Assembly (NCBI GenBank): GCA_025786725.1
Contig: JAHLTZ010000003.1
Coordinates: 496,001 to 560,000, forward strand
From: Syncephalis fuscata S228
Taxonomy: Eukaryota > Fungi > Zoopagomycota
Length of the DNA stretch: 64,000 bases
Direction of reading: 5' to 3'
This document shows, piece after piece, positions 26,151 to 43,481 of the stretch (positions are counted from its first letter, which is position 1; each line of letters begins with the position of its first letter). A program made the position numbers and the translations under genes. Under the pieces are notes generated by a model. The model was not told the origin of the DNA and made no database searches. It saw only the letters and a program-made list of their open reading frames with translations.

Positions 26151-28638
26151 ATGGACACAACATCTGTAGATTCTGCAATTGTTCACGCTCATGCGAGTGA
26201 ATATTACTCGCGAGCGGATGTGCACCGTGTCCGAACTGTTCATGCCGTACGTAGACCAACCTAACCTATATTGCGGCAGTTAACGTTTATACATTTTCTA
26301 TGTTTACAGACACAGAGTCAAATTGGTATTAGTGCGGAATATCCAAGTAATACCTCTAGTTCGAATGCTAATCGTAAAAACTACCAGCGTCGTCGCCGTA
26401 CTTCTCATGGTAAGTGTCGAGACACGATTATCAGTGGCGCAATCGAGATGGTAGATAATGATAGGCGCATTACTAATGCAGCTATCGTTATCGGTGGTGG
26501 CACGAGTATGTACTTGTGTTACCGCTGATGCAGACAATTTGCTAATAGCAATCAATGTATCGTATTTAGATGAAAAATCGAATAAACCACGAAAGTTTCT
26601 TATCGATGTTGAAGAAACTAAGCGGCTTATTTTGGAACAAGAAGATACCGATGGTGATTTGCAAATTACCGTCAACGATGCCGGACCTAAAGTAATTAAT
26701 GTGGGCACAGCCGATTCTGCCGGCTATCGTAAATTTGATATTCGTGGCACTTACATGCTGTCAAATCTTTTACAAGAATTGGCACTGGCCAGTGGATATG
26801 GTCGAAGACATATTGTTATCGACGAGGCCCGTTTGAATGAAAATCCCGTCAATCGACTATCCCGTATGATTCGACATCATTTCTGGGACGGATTAACGCG
26901 GCGAATCGATGCGGATGGTTTAGAATTGATTTGTAAAGATCCAAAGAATCGAGGCAATGATCAACGGCCACGTATTTACGTACCACACGGTGATCCCGAT
27001 GCTTGGGAGTACTACACAGCAATTTCTGAGGCACGGCCACATCTTAACCTACAGGTGGAGAAGTTGCCGGAGGATATTACACCACAATGGGTCAAGAGCA
27101 TTAATGGCCATCCAGGTATTCTTGCGCTGGCCACACATCGCTGTATCGATATTAAAGGTGAATCTACGCTGGCTGCCGTGCCATTTGTCGTACCGGGTGG
27201 CCGATTTAATGAGATGTACGGATGGGACTCGTATTTTGTAGCACTTGGTCTATTGGCCGATGGACGTGTCGAATTGGCACGCGGTATGGTTGATAACTTT
27301 GCCTATCAGATTAAACATTATGGAAAAATACTCAATGCCAATCGTAGTTATTATTTGACCCGATCTCAGCCGCCTTTCCTGACTGATATGGCACTTAAAG
27401 TGTACGAACGACTGTCAGTCGATACGCCCGAAGAGAATCTTGCCTGGCTAACGGCCGCTTTGCACGCCGCCTTTAAGGAATACTACACTGTATGGATGGC
27501 TGAGCCACGACTCGACACTGTCTCTGGACTTTCGTGCTACCATCCAACGGGTATTGGTATGCCACCCGAGACAGAGGCCAGTCATTTTGATCATCTACTA
27601 GAACCGTATGCACGTAAGCTTGGCATAACACTTGCTGAGTATGTGATCGGTTATAATAATGGCAGCATTAAAGAGCCAGCACTTGATGCGTACTTTGTCC
27701 ACGATCGAGCAGTACGAGAAAGCGGTCATGACACGACCTATCGTCTTGAGAAACGCTGTGCAAATCTAGCTACAGTAGATTTGAATGCACTACTGTATAA
27801 ATTTGAAATAGATTTTGCTACAACTATACGCGATCTATACGACGATCAATTTGAAATGGCCGATGGTACTATTGCTCTAGTGCAGAATATTTTGATTTAG
27901 CTCAACACGACGTACACTTATCGATCGTTACTGCTGGGATGAAGCAACGGGACTTTATTACGACTACGACATTAAATTAAAGACAAAATCGACTTATGAA
28001 AGTGTCACCGCTTTTGGATGCTTTGGGCTGGTGCTGCAAGTACGGAACAAGCCGAGCGACTCGTCAAGAGTGCACTAGCGCGCTTTGAAGTCACCGGTGG
28101 ATTGGTCAGTGGCACAGAGTCATCCCGCGGTGCCATTTCACTTGATCGGCCCAACCGACAATGGGATTATCCGTATGGATGGGCTCCACATCAAATAATG
28201 GCATGGCGTGGTCTAGAAGAGTATGGATATGGTGAAGCAGCTAGTCGATTGGCCTACCGCTGGCTCTACACTATTACCCAGGCATTTGTTGATTTTAATG
28301 GTGTTGTGCCAGAAAAGTTTGACATTGTCAGTATGACCCATTTGGTCAAAGTTGAATATGGCAACGTAGGTGTCGATTTTAAACTAGTACCGCGCGAAGG
28401 ATTTGGCTGGATGAATGCCAGCTACCAAGTTGGTCTTACCTATCTTACATCGCATATGCGTCGTGCGCTTGGCACGTTAACAGCACCTGATCAATTCGGT
28501 AAATTCAGTCAAGTGAATGCTCATCAGCCTAGTCACTTGATGGTCGATTCACAAGCACCTGCCTCCGGTATGAACAGTGATGCGACCATTACCGCCAATA
28601 ACACAGCCACTGAAAGTGAAGGCGCAGTATCCGATTAA
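26151..28638 (+). CDS. NTH1: Neutral (cytosolic) trehalase, GH37
   Basis: RRRTS PKA-like site, Ca-binding [58 protein letters not shown] and EGFGWMN. Disrupted around 27870-28015. Confidence 0.92.
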
Positions 28639-29496
28639 TGATAATTGTCTTTATTTTTGTTTATTAATGTTTAATGAACTGTAGTTGATTTGCTTTTTAA
28701 CTGTATAGCTGTAACTGTGCATTATTTGATTATAACCAAAACAATTCAATTGTAGTGTAATTGGGTGTTAAATGACTATATTTACTAATATTTGCGTAAT
28801 TAAACTAGACTTCCAATCTATTGAACATGATGATGGATGGTGAGTGGAATCAATGATCAAATACTCAGCATAGTAGATTTATTATTCAGTATAATGTATA
28901 TCATTGTATATTCACTTAAAATGGCTGTATTCAAAATTATTTCTAATTTGTTGTTGACTTTATTGTAATAAATCTGCATTACATGATAAACAATGCAATG
29001 ATATAGTTAAATAAAGAATATATGTATACCGTATAATAAATCTATAATAAGCATTTCAATTCCTGATATCATTCTAGATGGTGAGTAATTTAATTATTAT
29101 TTAATTATTTAATTATTTAATTATTATTGGATCCTGATTGCTCCTTTTTCATCTTGTGTCTATAGCAAGTTGAATACGATTTTTTCTATATTGCTGTCAA
29201 AAAAAAATTCATTGATAGCCTGTTATTCTACCATTCACGCACATACTACTGTTCTAGTCTGTCTAGTGCGCAGAAACAAGCCTTTATAACGTTACTATTA
29301 CTAATAGCTTAATAGTAACAATAGTAATCGTGCTCTTTTACTGTATACGCGTAAAGAATCCACGCGTCGTTACTATTATTATTATTATTATTGTATAAGC
29401 GCACCCATAGTCAAAGTCTGCTTAATACACGTCGACTGCGTTGTATATCAAGATCTAGACAACGACCGTCTACTTTCGTAGATATCTATTTAAATT

Positions 29497-33703
<4,207 letters not shown>

Positions 33704-33900
33704 TACACACACACACAGAGAGAGAAAGAGAAAGAAGAAAGAAAGAGAAAGAGAGAGATCTATTTGAGATAAAGCGAATAAAAACTAGCTATTATTTTAC
33801 TCATGATTTAGTTATAGATTAATTCATTTGAATTTATTCAATTTAAACGATAGTATTGTCGTTCTATACCTATCATATGGATGTATAGCTATAATCCAAT

Positions 33901-36530
33901 TTAATCGGCTTTAGGTCCACACGTGAATAGGTGCTTTCACCAGTACTACGCTTAACCATATAGGCCAATACACCGAATACACCCACAATGCCGATAAAGG
34001 CAAGGAATGGATTATTAATAGCGGCCGACTAGTTAAATAGTTATAGTAGTTATAAGTTATAAAGGTAGTTAGAAATAAAGGATTACTTACACCAGCACGT
34101 GTTAACTTCTTAACACCGCCCTTAAGTGTCCAACAAATGCGCCCAACATACTCTTTGCCTAATAAATAGTTATTTATCAATTAGATCGTCTATATTACTC
34201 TTAGTAATGCTATACTTACTTGTAATTTATGTGATTGGGCTGCTTCAAGATAACTGGCTATCTTATCCTTTTAATAGTAAACTTAACATTATCGGCATCT
34301 TTGTCAAAGTATTCTTCCTCCTAATAATAACAATACATTTTGTATCAATATAACAAATATTAAATGGTATCAATCAATTCAATTACCTTATGGTTAATAA
34401 TGACCATACTTGGTAAATTACCATCATTAATATTAAATGTGGTAGACACGTAAGATTCGTATTCTGTAGCATCAATCCAGCCAAATAATACAAGTGGTTT
34501 TGAGGAATCAGTTATTTACCGGAGGCTTTCTTATCGCTATCGGAATACATATGACTGATGGCGGCCGTTTTCAATTCATTTTTAACTCGCTCAAATCCCG
34601 TACGTTTTGGAGCAAATAGGCCCAGAACAACCCATGAATTCTCGTTAAAACCACTACCAAGAATACGTTTAGCATTGCCGGCATTAATAGGGATCAAGGC
34701 TGGATAGCGATGCTCTTCAATGAATTCTCTTATTGCCAACTTATCCGTAAGTGATCCGGTATAAGGAATGGCTCGTTCGTCTTTGTAAACAACTAGACCA
34801 GAGGTTGTTTTCACGTTCAATTGCTTAGCCAACGCAGTGTCGGTAGTGTGATAGTAGGATGCAACAGCGAAAAGACTACGAGCTACATTGCTATAGGTCT
34901 AGATGGGTCATTTCCTTTTTAGTATTTGATTTCATTTAGCTAGTTCTCTACCAATTAATACTTACATCCATGGCAGCGCTCTTGGTCTCTGGATCAACCA
35001 TAATGATCATAACTTCGTTTTGTTTGCTGACCTCGGGCCATTCCTTTGCTTCAATCTTGGTGATTTGGGCACTACGTTACATTAATAATGGTTAGATGAT
35101 GGTTTCAATAACCAATATGGATCATTTCACCATTAATACTGACCCTGCGGCCTTCATGGCAAATGCTTTCAATGCATCCAGTGTACGGGCACCAATATAC
35201 TCGCTTGAAACGCCATCTACAACACTATAGTTGCATTTGTGCATTAAGCAAATAACACAAAGCATGATAACTCTATTGTATAGACATAATAAAAGGATAC
35301 AGCTTAAGTGTTGGATATCCCTTGATATCGAATTGAGCACATATATCTATAGTATAATTAATATTAGCATTGGTGATTCTATTGCGGCTATATTAAAATA
35401 CTCGCCTTTCTCTACTGTACAATCCACACTACCAACGTTAACCTTTCCTTTAAGAACTTGGCCCAATTCAACCCATGTTGGTGCCAATTGTTGACAGTAG
35501 CCACACCAAGGTGCATAGAACTTGAGGAACCATGCACCGTTATTGCCATTGACCATCTAATAGATTCCCATGATCCATTAGATAATATTCAAAGTGAAAA
35601 AAATACTATGCTTACCTCTTCGAATGAGGCACTACTTAATGCTATGGCATGTCCATTTGGATTGGCCAAAACACCATCTGTAGACTGGTCTTGATGATCC
35701 TTTTGTTTAGTAGATTTATCTGTTTTAGGAGTAGTTTCTTTGGGTGGCAACTTGTCTTCCTTTGGCTATACCACAGTTAGTTGTGGATGCAAATTGTGTA
35801 AGTGATTAAAATAGTGGCACTTACTTTAGGTGCAGTTTCCTTGGTAGCTGGTGGTTTGCTTTCTGTTTCCTTTTTAATATGCTTCAATAGTTGATCTTCA
35901 ACAAAAGTGCTCATTAGCTCGAGTGTGGGCTCTTGAACGTATTCTTCTTCCCGATCGCCGTTGTTGTACCTATTGTTAATATTGTTAATATACCGCATCT
36001 TTATCAGATAAATAATACTAACATCACCATTGTAGGAAAGCCAGTAATGTCATGGCGTTCACACAAATCTATTATTGATATGTTAAATAGATATAATCAA
36101 CAGGTCAATTAACTCACCAGCCTCTGCTATACAATTGATTTCAGCTAGATGGAAATTCTTTGTTTCCGAGTATTTATGTGATAGCTCGACCCAGATTGGA
36201 GCTATTACACACAATAATAAACTTTTATTAATAAAAATACATTTAACGGAAATTAAGAAATAAATACTTGCCCATTTTTTTACAGTGCTTGCATTTTGGC
36301 GAGTAATGTTTAACAAACCTATTTATTGAATAGAGATGGTCAAGTTAGATTGGCGCTACACGTAGTGATAGTATTTACCATAAGCCTGCTGATACTGTTT
36401 CTGTAAAATTCTTTTCGCCTAAAGGAACACTAAGACTATCCTCGGCTCCAGAAAGCGGAAGAGCCACAGTTAGGCCAGTAAGGCAAAAGGCTAACAACGA
36501 AAACAACATAGTGGTTGCTGATCGCCTCAT
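33901..36530 (-). CDS. Membrane-anchored protein disulfide isomerase-like protein (two thioredoxin domains, Eps1-like)
   Basis: Signal peptide; FVKHYSPKCKHCKKM and FLKFYAPWCGYCQQLAPTW; C-terminal TM segment NPFLAFIGIVGVFGVLAYMV. Confidence 0.8.
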
Positions 36531-36905
36531 CAGAAACAATAATAAACTTATATACTAATAATAGTAAAAGTAATGATAGTAGCAGCAATGAGTGTTGACA
36601 AAACTAACTACAAAGTAGAAAATAGTAGAAAGGGAAGAGAAAGCAACAATCGTGTCGGAGTAAAGTTAACTACGCAACAATGGTTAAGGCCCGAGTGTTT
36701 GAGAACTAGCCATTTTTGTAAATGATGTTGGGACCATTTACAATAAAAATAGAGTCGACATCCAATAAAGCTAATTTGTATTACAGTTTATTCTTTGTTT
36801 TTTGATATTTAATCAATAAAGTGTGGCGATTAACACCAACTTAAGTAAAGAAAGCTAGCTTATATCATAATACGTTATTTATTCAGAGCAAACAGTAAAA
36901 ACCAT

Positions 36906-38075
36906 TTAATTTTCATCCTTCTTGCTCTTGGATTTACCCTTCTTATTCTTCTTGTGAGACTTTTTGTCAGTCTTGGACTTGGACTTGGGCTCGGGCTCGG
37001 CTTCATTGTTGGTCGTGTCGTCTGAAGTGTCGGTCTCATTTTCAGCCTTCTTGTCAGACCTGGTTGGCGTCTTTTCTGGTTGGGTATCAGAATCCACATC
37101 ACCACCAGTTGTGGTATCATTGTCTGCACCAGCATCAGGCTTGGTCGGCTCAAATGTGTCCTTGCCATCAGCGGTAGTAGGGGTCAGTTTTTTATCGTTG
37201 TATTTACCGCCAGTGCCACCACGGGGATCGGCACTTGTAGCGATGAAAAAGCCTGGCATATCTTTGCCAGTTGGGCCCAAATCGGTACGCTTTTTCTTTC
37301 TGGCTCCATTGTTATCGGCGAATTTACTAGCAACAAATTTTGACCATGGAATTTTGGTCGGTGGCTTAACTGCGCCTGGCTTACCGCCACCAGCCTCACC
37401 TACAACGGTACCCTCGGTAGTTGCTGTGGAGCCAGCAGGAATAGTAACAATTTTACGCTTGTTAAAGTTCTCCTTGCCATCCTGCGATGCATCCTTGTTG
37501 GCCCATCGAGGGAATTCGGGTGCACCAGAGGTACGAGCAAGCATGAGTTCCGGTCCAGTTAAACTACCAGTGGGTGAGCCGCCAGTAATTTCAATATCGG
37601 CACAATTCATATAGTATTCTGAGTTACCACCGGCGTTGATAAATGTCCAGGTAAACAGCGCTTTACCGTTACGTGCTCCCTTTGGAATTGGAACTGTGTA
37701 GCGGTAAGGAGCAATGCCCATAAAGCACATATCGATGATGGTTCGAGTAACAACCCACGTCTTTCCGTTATCGTAAGAAAAAGCGAATTGGCAATGTCCA
37801 CCCATGTGTGGACTACCTTGCATGAATTCAACGATAAAGTCTTGTCCCGCAGTGTAGCGCGCAGTAACAGGCCCTTCTTTTTGGAATCGGCAAGGATATT
37901 TACCGGGGGCGCCACCGCCAAATAAAGCACCATCAGGATGCGGTGCAACTTGGCCATATCCTTTATTACGTGGATCACCGCGAGGAATTGGAGAGAAAAG
38001 CTGCATATGGCCAGAGACGCATTGCAAAGCGCTCAATGCCAGAAGAGTGGCGCCGCTGAGTTTGTTCCAAAACAT
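36906..38075 (-). CDS. Secreted LPMO-like (AA11-like) protein with N-terminal His and a charged low-complexity tail
   Basis: Signal cleavage VSG|HMQLFSPIPRG gives His1; GSPHMGGHCQFAFSYD; FTWTFIN...EYYMNCADIEI. Confidence 0.75.
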   Translation of the reverse strand: MFWNKLSGATLLALSALQCVSGHMQLFSPIPRGDPRNKGYGQVAPHPDGALFGGGAPGKYPCRFQKEGPVTARYTAGQDFIVEFMQGSPHMGGHCQFAFSYDNGKTWVVTRTIIDMCFMGIAPYRYTVPIPKGARNGKALFTWTFINAGGNSEYYMNCADIEITGGSPTGSLTGPELMLARTSGAPEFPRWANKDASQDGKENFNKRKIVTIPAGSTATTEGTVVGEAGGGKPGAVKPPTKIPWSKFVASKFADNNGARKKKRTDLGPTGKDMPGFFIATSADPRGGTGGKYNDKKLTPTTADGKDTFEPTKPDAGADNDTTTGGDVDSDTQPEKTPTRSDKKAENETDTSDDTTNNEAEPEPKSKSKTDKKSHKKNKKGKSKSKKDEN

Positions 38076-39552
38076 AGTGGATAGTAGACGTAAAAGTTAA
38101 TAGAGTTATCGTTCGGCAGTCCAGCTGCAAGTGAATGGTTAGTGCGTATGGGTGATATTGGTGTTGTGTTGGTGGGTGCGTTTAAGCTCGTATTTATATA
38201 TTGTCTTTCTCCATGGCTATGCTTTCTAAATAATAAACAACAATTACGTTAGTAGAGGGCCGTATCGGATAGTTAATTGGTCAAATTTCTATAATTGGAC
38301 CTGAAAATTGGTGTATTGTGGTATTTAATATTTCCTAAACATTAAGGCTACACACGTAATACGTTTACAGTTACACTCTGGCTCGGTTATCCTTTTGTAT
38401 AGACCCTCGCTTTTAAAGAGAATTTTATTACAACCGATCAGTTTACTCGCCCAAAACCATGAAACAAAATCACGCTGGGGTTATTACACTATGTTACCGG
38501 CAATGAAACAATTTGTACACCAAATAATCCACATACCAAAAACGGCAAATTTTGAAATAAGGACTTGTGGAAAGGGGCGACAAGGTTAAAAAAATCATCA
38601 TACTATTGCCGTTTATGCCAATAAGAAACTGTATATCTGTGGCCTTGAGTATCGTTTAAAAGACAACGAATGGCTATTGTTAAGATCTTGTCTATGAGAA
38701 TAGACAGTGTAGCACGTTTACTCATACATTGTGTCATACATACTTGTCACAACTAAACCATTCTATAGCAGCAATTATACTGGGTAGCGTGTTTAATGTG
38801 AATCACAATTTGAATCATTTGTTATTTTGATTGTTATAAAATCTATATAAAAGCAATATTATAAGTAAATATGAGTATCTATTACAGAAGAAATGATATT
38901 TTAATGTGTTGCAATTGCTGGAAACCGTTATAATTGCTTTTAAGCTCATCACCTTTGCTAGAGCTTTATTTAGTGTGCTGGCCCATACCAACAAAGCACT
39001 GATATAATCTATACCATTTGAAATAAACATTTATGTAGACTTGTATTTTATTTTAAAATTGAACAATCAATGACATCAATGACTGGATAAAATGTTTCTA
39101 TTAGCAGAAGGATTATTAACCATTGTATTACAAGTAGTACATATTGTACGACCAACTTTGATAATTACAACTCGGATTTTAACAATGTATGGTTCTGCAG
39201 TGGTATACGCGAATGCAGCACCTATGTAAACTCAGTGCGTTATCTTTTCTATACGAATAACCGGCTACAATATTTGATAGTATAGTTATATGGACCAAAT
39301 GTTATGGGCTGTTTGGAATACATATAGGCATTGGGAATTGATTTTGTCGGTAAAAGTGACGGTAGAAGCATAATGGCGCATTGTCACTGTTTCTTTAAAA
39401 CCAATAGATTTAGTTTGCGACGTGTAGTTGAGCTGTGTAATGGTGCTGTATAGACTTGTATGCGGATCCCTACCACCTATGTATCGGATTATTTATAATA
39501 AACACATACCATCTTCCATTCTATTTATTTCTTTTAACAATCCAGTATTAAC

Positions 39553-40215
39553 ATGAGTATTTCTATTGCCGTCGTCTGTACCATTGTCGTGGCTCTTGTG
39601 GCCACTATGACCGTGGTGGACACTAAGCCAGTTCTAACTCGTCGTGGTATGTTGCAATTACAATAAATATGTAAATTAGTATACTTATTAACATTATGTT
39701 TACCTAATGCATCATTAGAACATAAGTTGTGATTATTGATCATTATTCCAACACTTATCGACACTATTATACACATGATGGCCATTATAACACATAACAG
39801 CTGCCAGTAAGTGGAATTGTATATTGTTTGGTTACATACTAATTATATTTCATATATTATGCATATCTAATAATGATACTAATAGTTGGTAAGTGATATT
39901 TTGTATCAAATAAATATAAACTAATTACATGCTATGCGCTGTGTGTGTTTAACAATCTAATATCAATAGTTGGTAAGTGGCATTTTATATTAAATAGCTA
40001 TATACTAATTAAATAATATACGTTGTGTATATTTAATAACTATATTAATAGCTGGTAAGTAGTATGCTATATTAACCAATTTTATATTTGTTACATGTCA
40101 TTCAATGTGTGCACTTGATAACTTGTATTAATAGAATGTAAGTGACATCGTATAGCATTAATTTATATGCTGCTTATATGGCACATTCTACATATATACT
40201 ATCGATACAGTTTAA
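39553..40215 (+). CDS. Microexon-encoded secreted prepropeptide, short paralogue
   Basis: Exon 1 (39553-39646) MSISIAVVCTIVVALVATMTVVDTKPVLTRR+g. Microexons: AAC 39719 (donor reads ATAAGT), CTGCCA 39801, TTG 39886, TTG 39970, CTG 40052, AAT 40135. Last exon TT-TAA at 40211-40215. Confidence 0.7.
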
Positions 40216-41124
40216 CCGGTATATTCAATAGATTAGCATTGGTGGTGTAAATGGAGGTGCTAGAGCAATATATTTAGGTATATCTTTGGCAAAATCAAGA
40301 CCATTCAATGACAATTGTCTACTTCACTTACATATCAAGTTACAGCCAATGCACTCATTTTATTCAACTATTAATCAATGGCATCATTATATTGTCAACA
40401 AGTCTGAGTTTAGTCAAGCCTTTTTATCTATGCAAACTTGTAGCAATAAATACATGAGTTTATCAGTATTATACTTGATTAATTTTTTACAGTTTTATCC
40501 ATGCTTTGTTTGCATTTGGCAATTAGCAATATTGTTTAAGTAAAAATAATAGTATTACAGTAATAAAATTACAATTTGATCAACAGAATACATGTCACTG
40601 GGTTACTGCTCATGCACAGGTGATATAGATTGTATATAATGTGATTAGACTAACGTGTCATTATTGGTTTATTATTTAATTTGGTTTTACGCATATTGAT
40701 GGGACAAGCATTATAGTATTAAATATGTTGTCGTTTATTTAAAATATTACACTTGTTACGTTTATGCTGTTGATTACAGCGATATTAGGGTAGAATAATT
40801 GATAAATGATATTCCGAATAGACTGAGTATGCGCACTACTCAATATTGGAGTCAGACACGAGCAAAAGTGGCATGAAACTATGAAGAACGATTAGACAAC
40901 AAAATGGAATGAACAAAGTGAAGGCGGCCAATCTTCGCTAATCAATGCGTTGCTATGTCTTAATATAATTATTTGCTGAAATTCGATTTAATGTAAGTTA
41001 CGCACTCAATTTGACATTTTTCAGCTATACATTTATATTAAAACATATCACTGTAAACTAGTGTTTTAAATATTTATAAACGCTACTGATTCACTTTTTT
41101 ATTAACTATTATTTGTAGGCTGGT

Positions 41125-42416
41125 TTAACTAGTTGATAAAATCTTAATTGGAATTAAACAACCTGGATTATCGTTATGGTTTAGTGCTACCATAAACTCA
41201 AGAAGATTGAGTAGTTTTTTTGCTGCCACTGTGTCGAATTTAGTTGGAATATTTGGTGGTTTATCGTAAGGATCTTGACAGCTTTTAATAAAGTCTGATT
41301 TTAATTCTTCCAACTTTTTAAATTGACTTGGCTTCATCTGAACCGACATTTGTGCCGTTAATTGGAAAATCTCCAACAACTTATTGTATGAATGTACAAT
41401 ACCACCCACAAAATGAAACGGAAAGACGCCCGTAATAGATCTGAATATTTTCATTGACAAGCGTTTGTTGTCATCGCTGCACAAAGAATAAGCAATTTTA
41501 CCATCCAAATTTTCTAACGGCACCAGCTTCTTGGTAGATAGAAAACTACGTTTAACCAGTAGTTTGGCGAAATCAAAATCAATCACTGTTACTTTTACGC
41601 TTTGTAAATTTGGTGATTCTTCGACTATGATATCTGTTTAAAATAATTAGATAAAATATAAACGCATAATTTCAGCATACTTTCGTGTATAAAATCATAA
41701 TGAACCAAGTTGGCATAGCGGAAATACATGGCAGCTAGTTATTGTTAGTGACTATATACAATCCATAGTCTTGTTATGTACCTTGTGCCACTTGATAAAA
41801 CACTTGTGGAAGCAAAAGAGCCTTTTCTGCCCATGATTTTTCATCACTAAAGCTGTCCAACTCTTTGCCCTCAGCAAATGAATAAATATAACATATTTGA
41901 TAATCAAATTAGCAGAAAGTTCTGGTATTTCAAATCTATGCACTGGCTGTTGGATATAAGCTCTGCCTTTTGCCATGTCGCCTTGGATTAAATCGTCGTC
42001 TTCTACTTCTTTTAATATCTATTTTTGTAATCAGTTAATTCTACTAACAAGCCAAGTCCTTACTTTGAATGTCTCATCTTCGCGTAATGCTAGATTGTGC
42101 CGTATACATTTTAAAAATCTATGATGGTTGTTCCATACAACATCGCCGAGACTTATTTTTCCATATAGTCCACCAACCCATTTAATTGATTCAAAGCCAT
42201 GTTCCTTGAGTGCATTGCCGTTTTGAAGATAGCTATATCCAGGATTGTCATCGCTGACTTTAACTATAATAATATAATTTCAATAAAAATGCGCGTTTAA
42301 CACAGGTATGTGTGCTTACCACCAACTTTTGCATTGACAGCATTTACTAGTGATACACTGCAAAGTGCTGACAAAGCGTAAATAGGAATAACGTGAAAAA
42401 AGAAAATTTTAACCAT
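41125..42416 (-). CDS. Secreted protein-kinase-like protein
   Basis: Signal peptide MVKIFFFHVIPIYALSALCSVSLVNA, then FLKC (beta3 Lys), REDE (alphaC), LVHYDFIHE|NIIV (catalytic loop) and VIDFD (DFG-like). Four introns and one frameshift near 41900. Confidence 0.7.
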
Positions 42417-43322
42417 ATTGAAATAGCTATTACATAGATTGAGACTTCAAGAAATGTGTAGCTGTGTGTTTGCAGAAAATAAGATAATAGTTACTATATT
42501 GGAAAATGAGAACTCGATACTTTTATCATATATATATATATTTATAAATCAGTAAAGTTTAGAATATACAAATTACCGCAAAAACTAAATCATTAGATTT
42601 ATAGAAATAAAATACTAGTTTGAGATATGCTATTGCCATTTACAAAACTGTAGAACGTGGACTGACTAAACAAATAAAGCATCAATACTTAGTACAAAAT
42701 GCCACTCTGATAACACATGCCATGCTAAATTAAAACATATCTATCAAGTAGCTCAACATCCACTGTCAAGTGTAGATATAGTGCGTTATTTTCACTGAAT
42801 AGTGCCAATTGTCAGATAAACAAATAAAATTAATTGTAACACTCCTTATTGTACATCTAGTTATTATGTCATGTGATATGGCGAAAGAAATCCAGAATGG
42901 CGACAAAGTGACACAAAAGGCTATATTAGCCGTATACATGTCTGCGTTCTAATCTCTAAATTCAATCAATTCTCGCATTTTTATTAGTTAATAAAACAAT
43001 TGTTTATTTAGCAGCGAAATTAAAGCAATGTAATTTTATAGACAACTTGTTGCATCAATTATTAGCAATCGTACAAGTTATTTAAATTGATTATAATAGC
43101 TATATCCTAATAACATTAAAATATGTCAAGTTGTTTATAATAATGGTTTGAACGAAACAAAGTAGTAGCAATATGCTGATTTCCGTCAGTCTTGAACGGA
43201 TTTTGGGGACCGGTAGCAGTCGCTATTTACCTAACAAGCTAATCCATTCTAACATTGCTTTAACATTTGCATTATTAAGTATCAATGATCTGCTAACAAC
43301 TTAAAATGTCAATTTGCCTTAC

Positions 43323-43354
<32 letters not shown>

Positions 43355-43481
43355 TGATGATGATGATGATGCAACAATTGGCATCATCCAAGCCTTATTC
43401 CGTCATCCTTATCGACCCCACCTATTGCGTTTTCAATCCTTTTGCTATTATCACCTCTCAACTATCATAGTGTCGAGCAAC

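Noticed and set aside
36964-37614. 216-aa plus-strand ORF and similar antisense ORFs (e.g. 10386-11339, 59624-60190)
   Set aside because: These are shadows of real genes on the opposite strand with biased codon composition.
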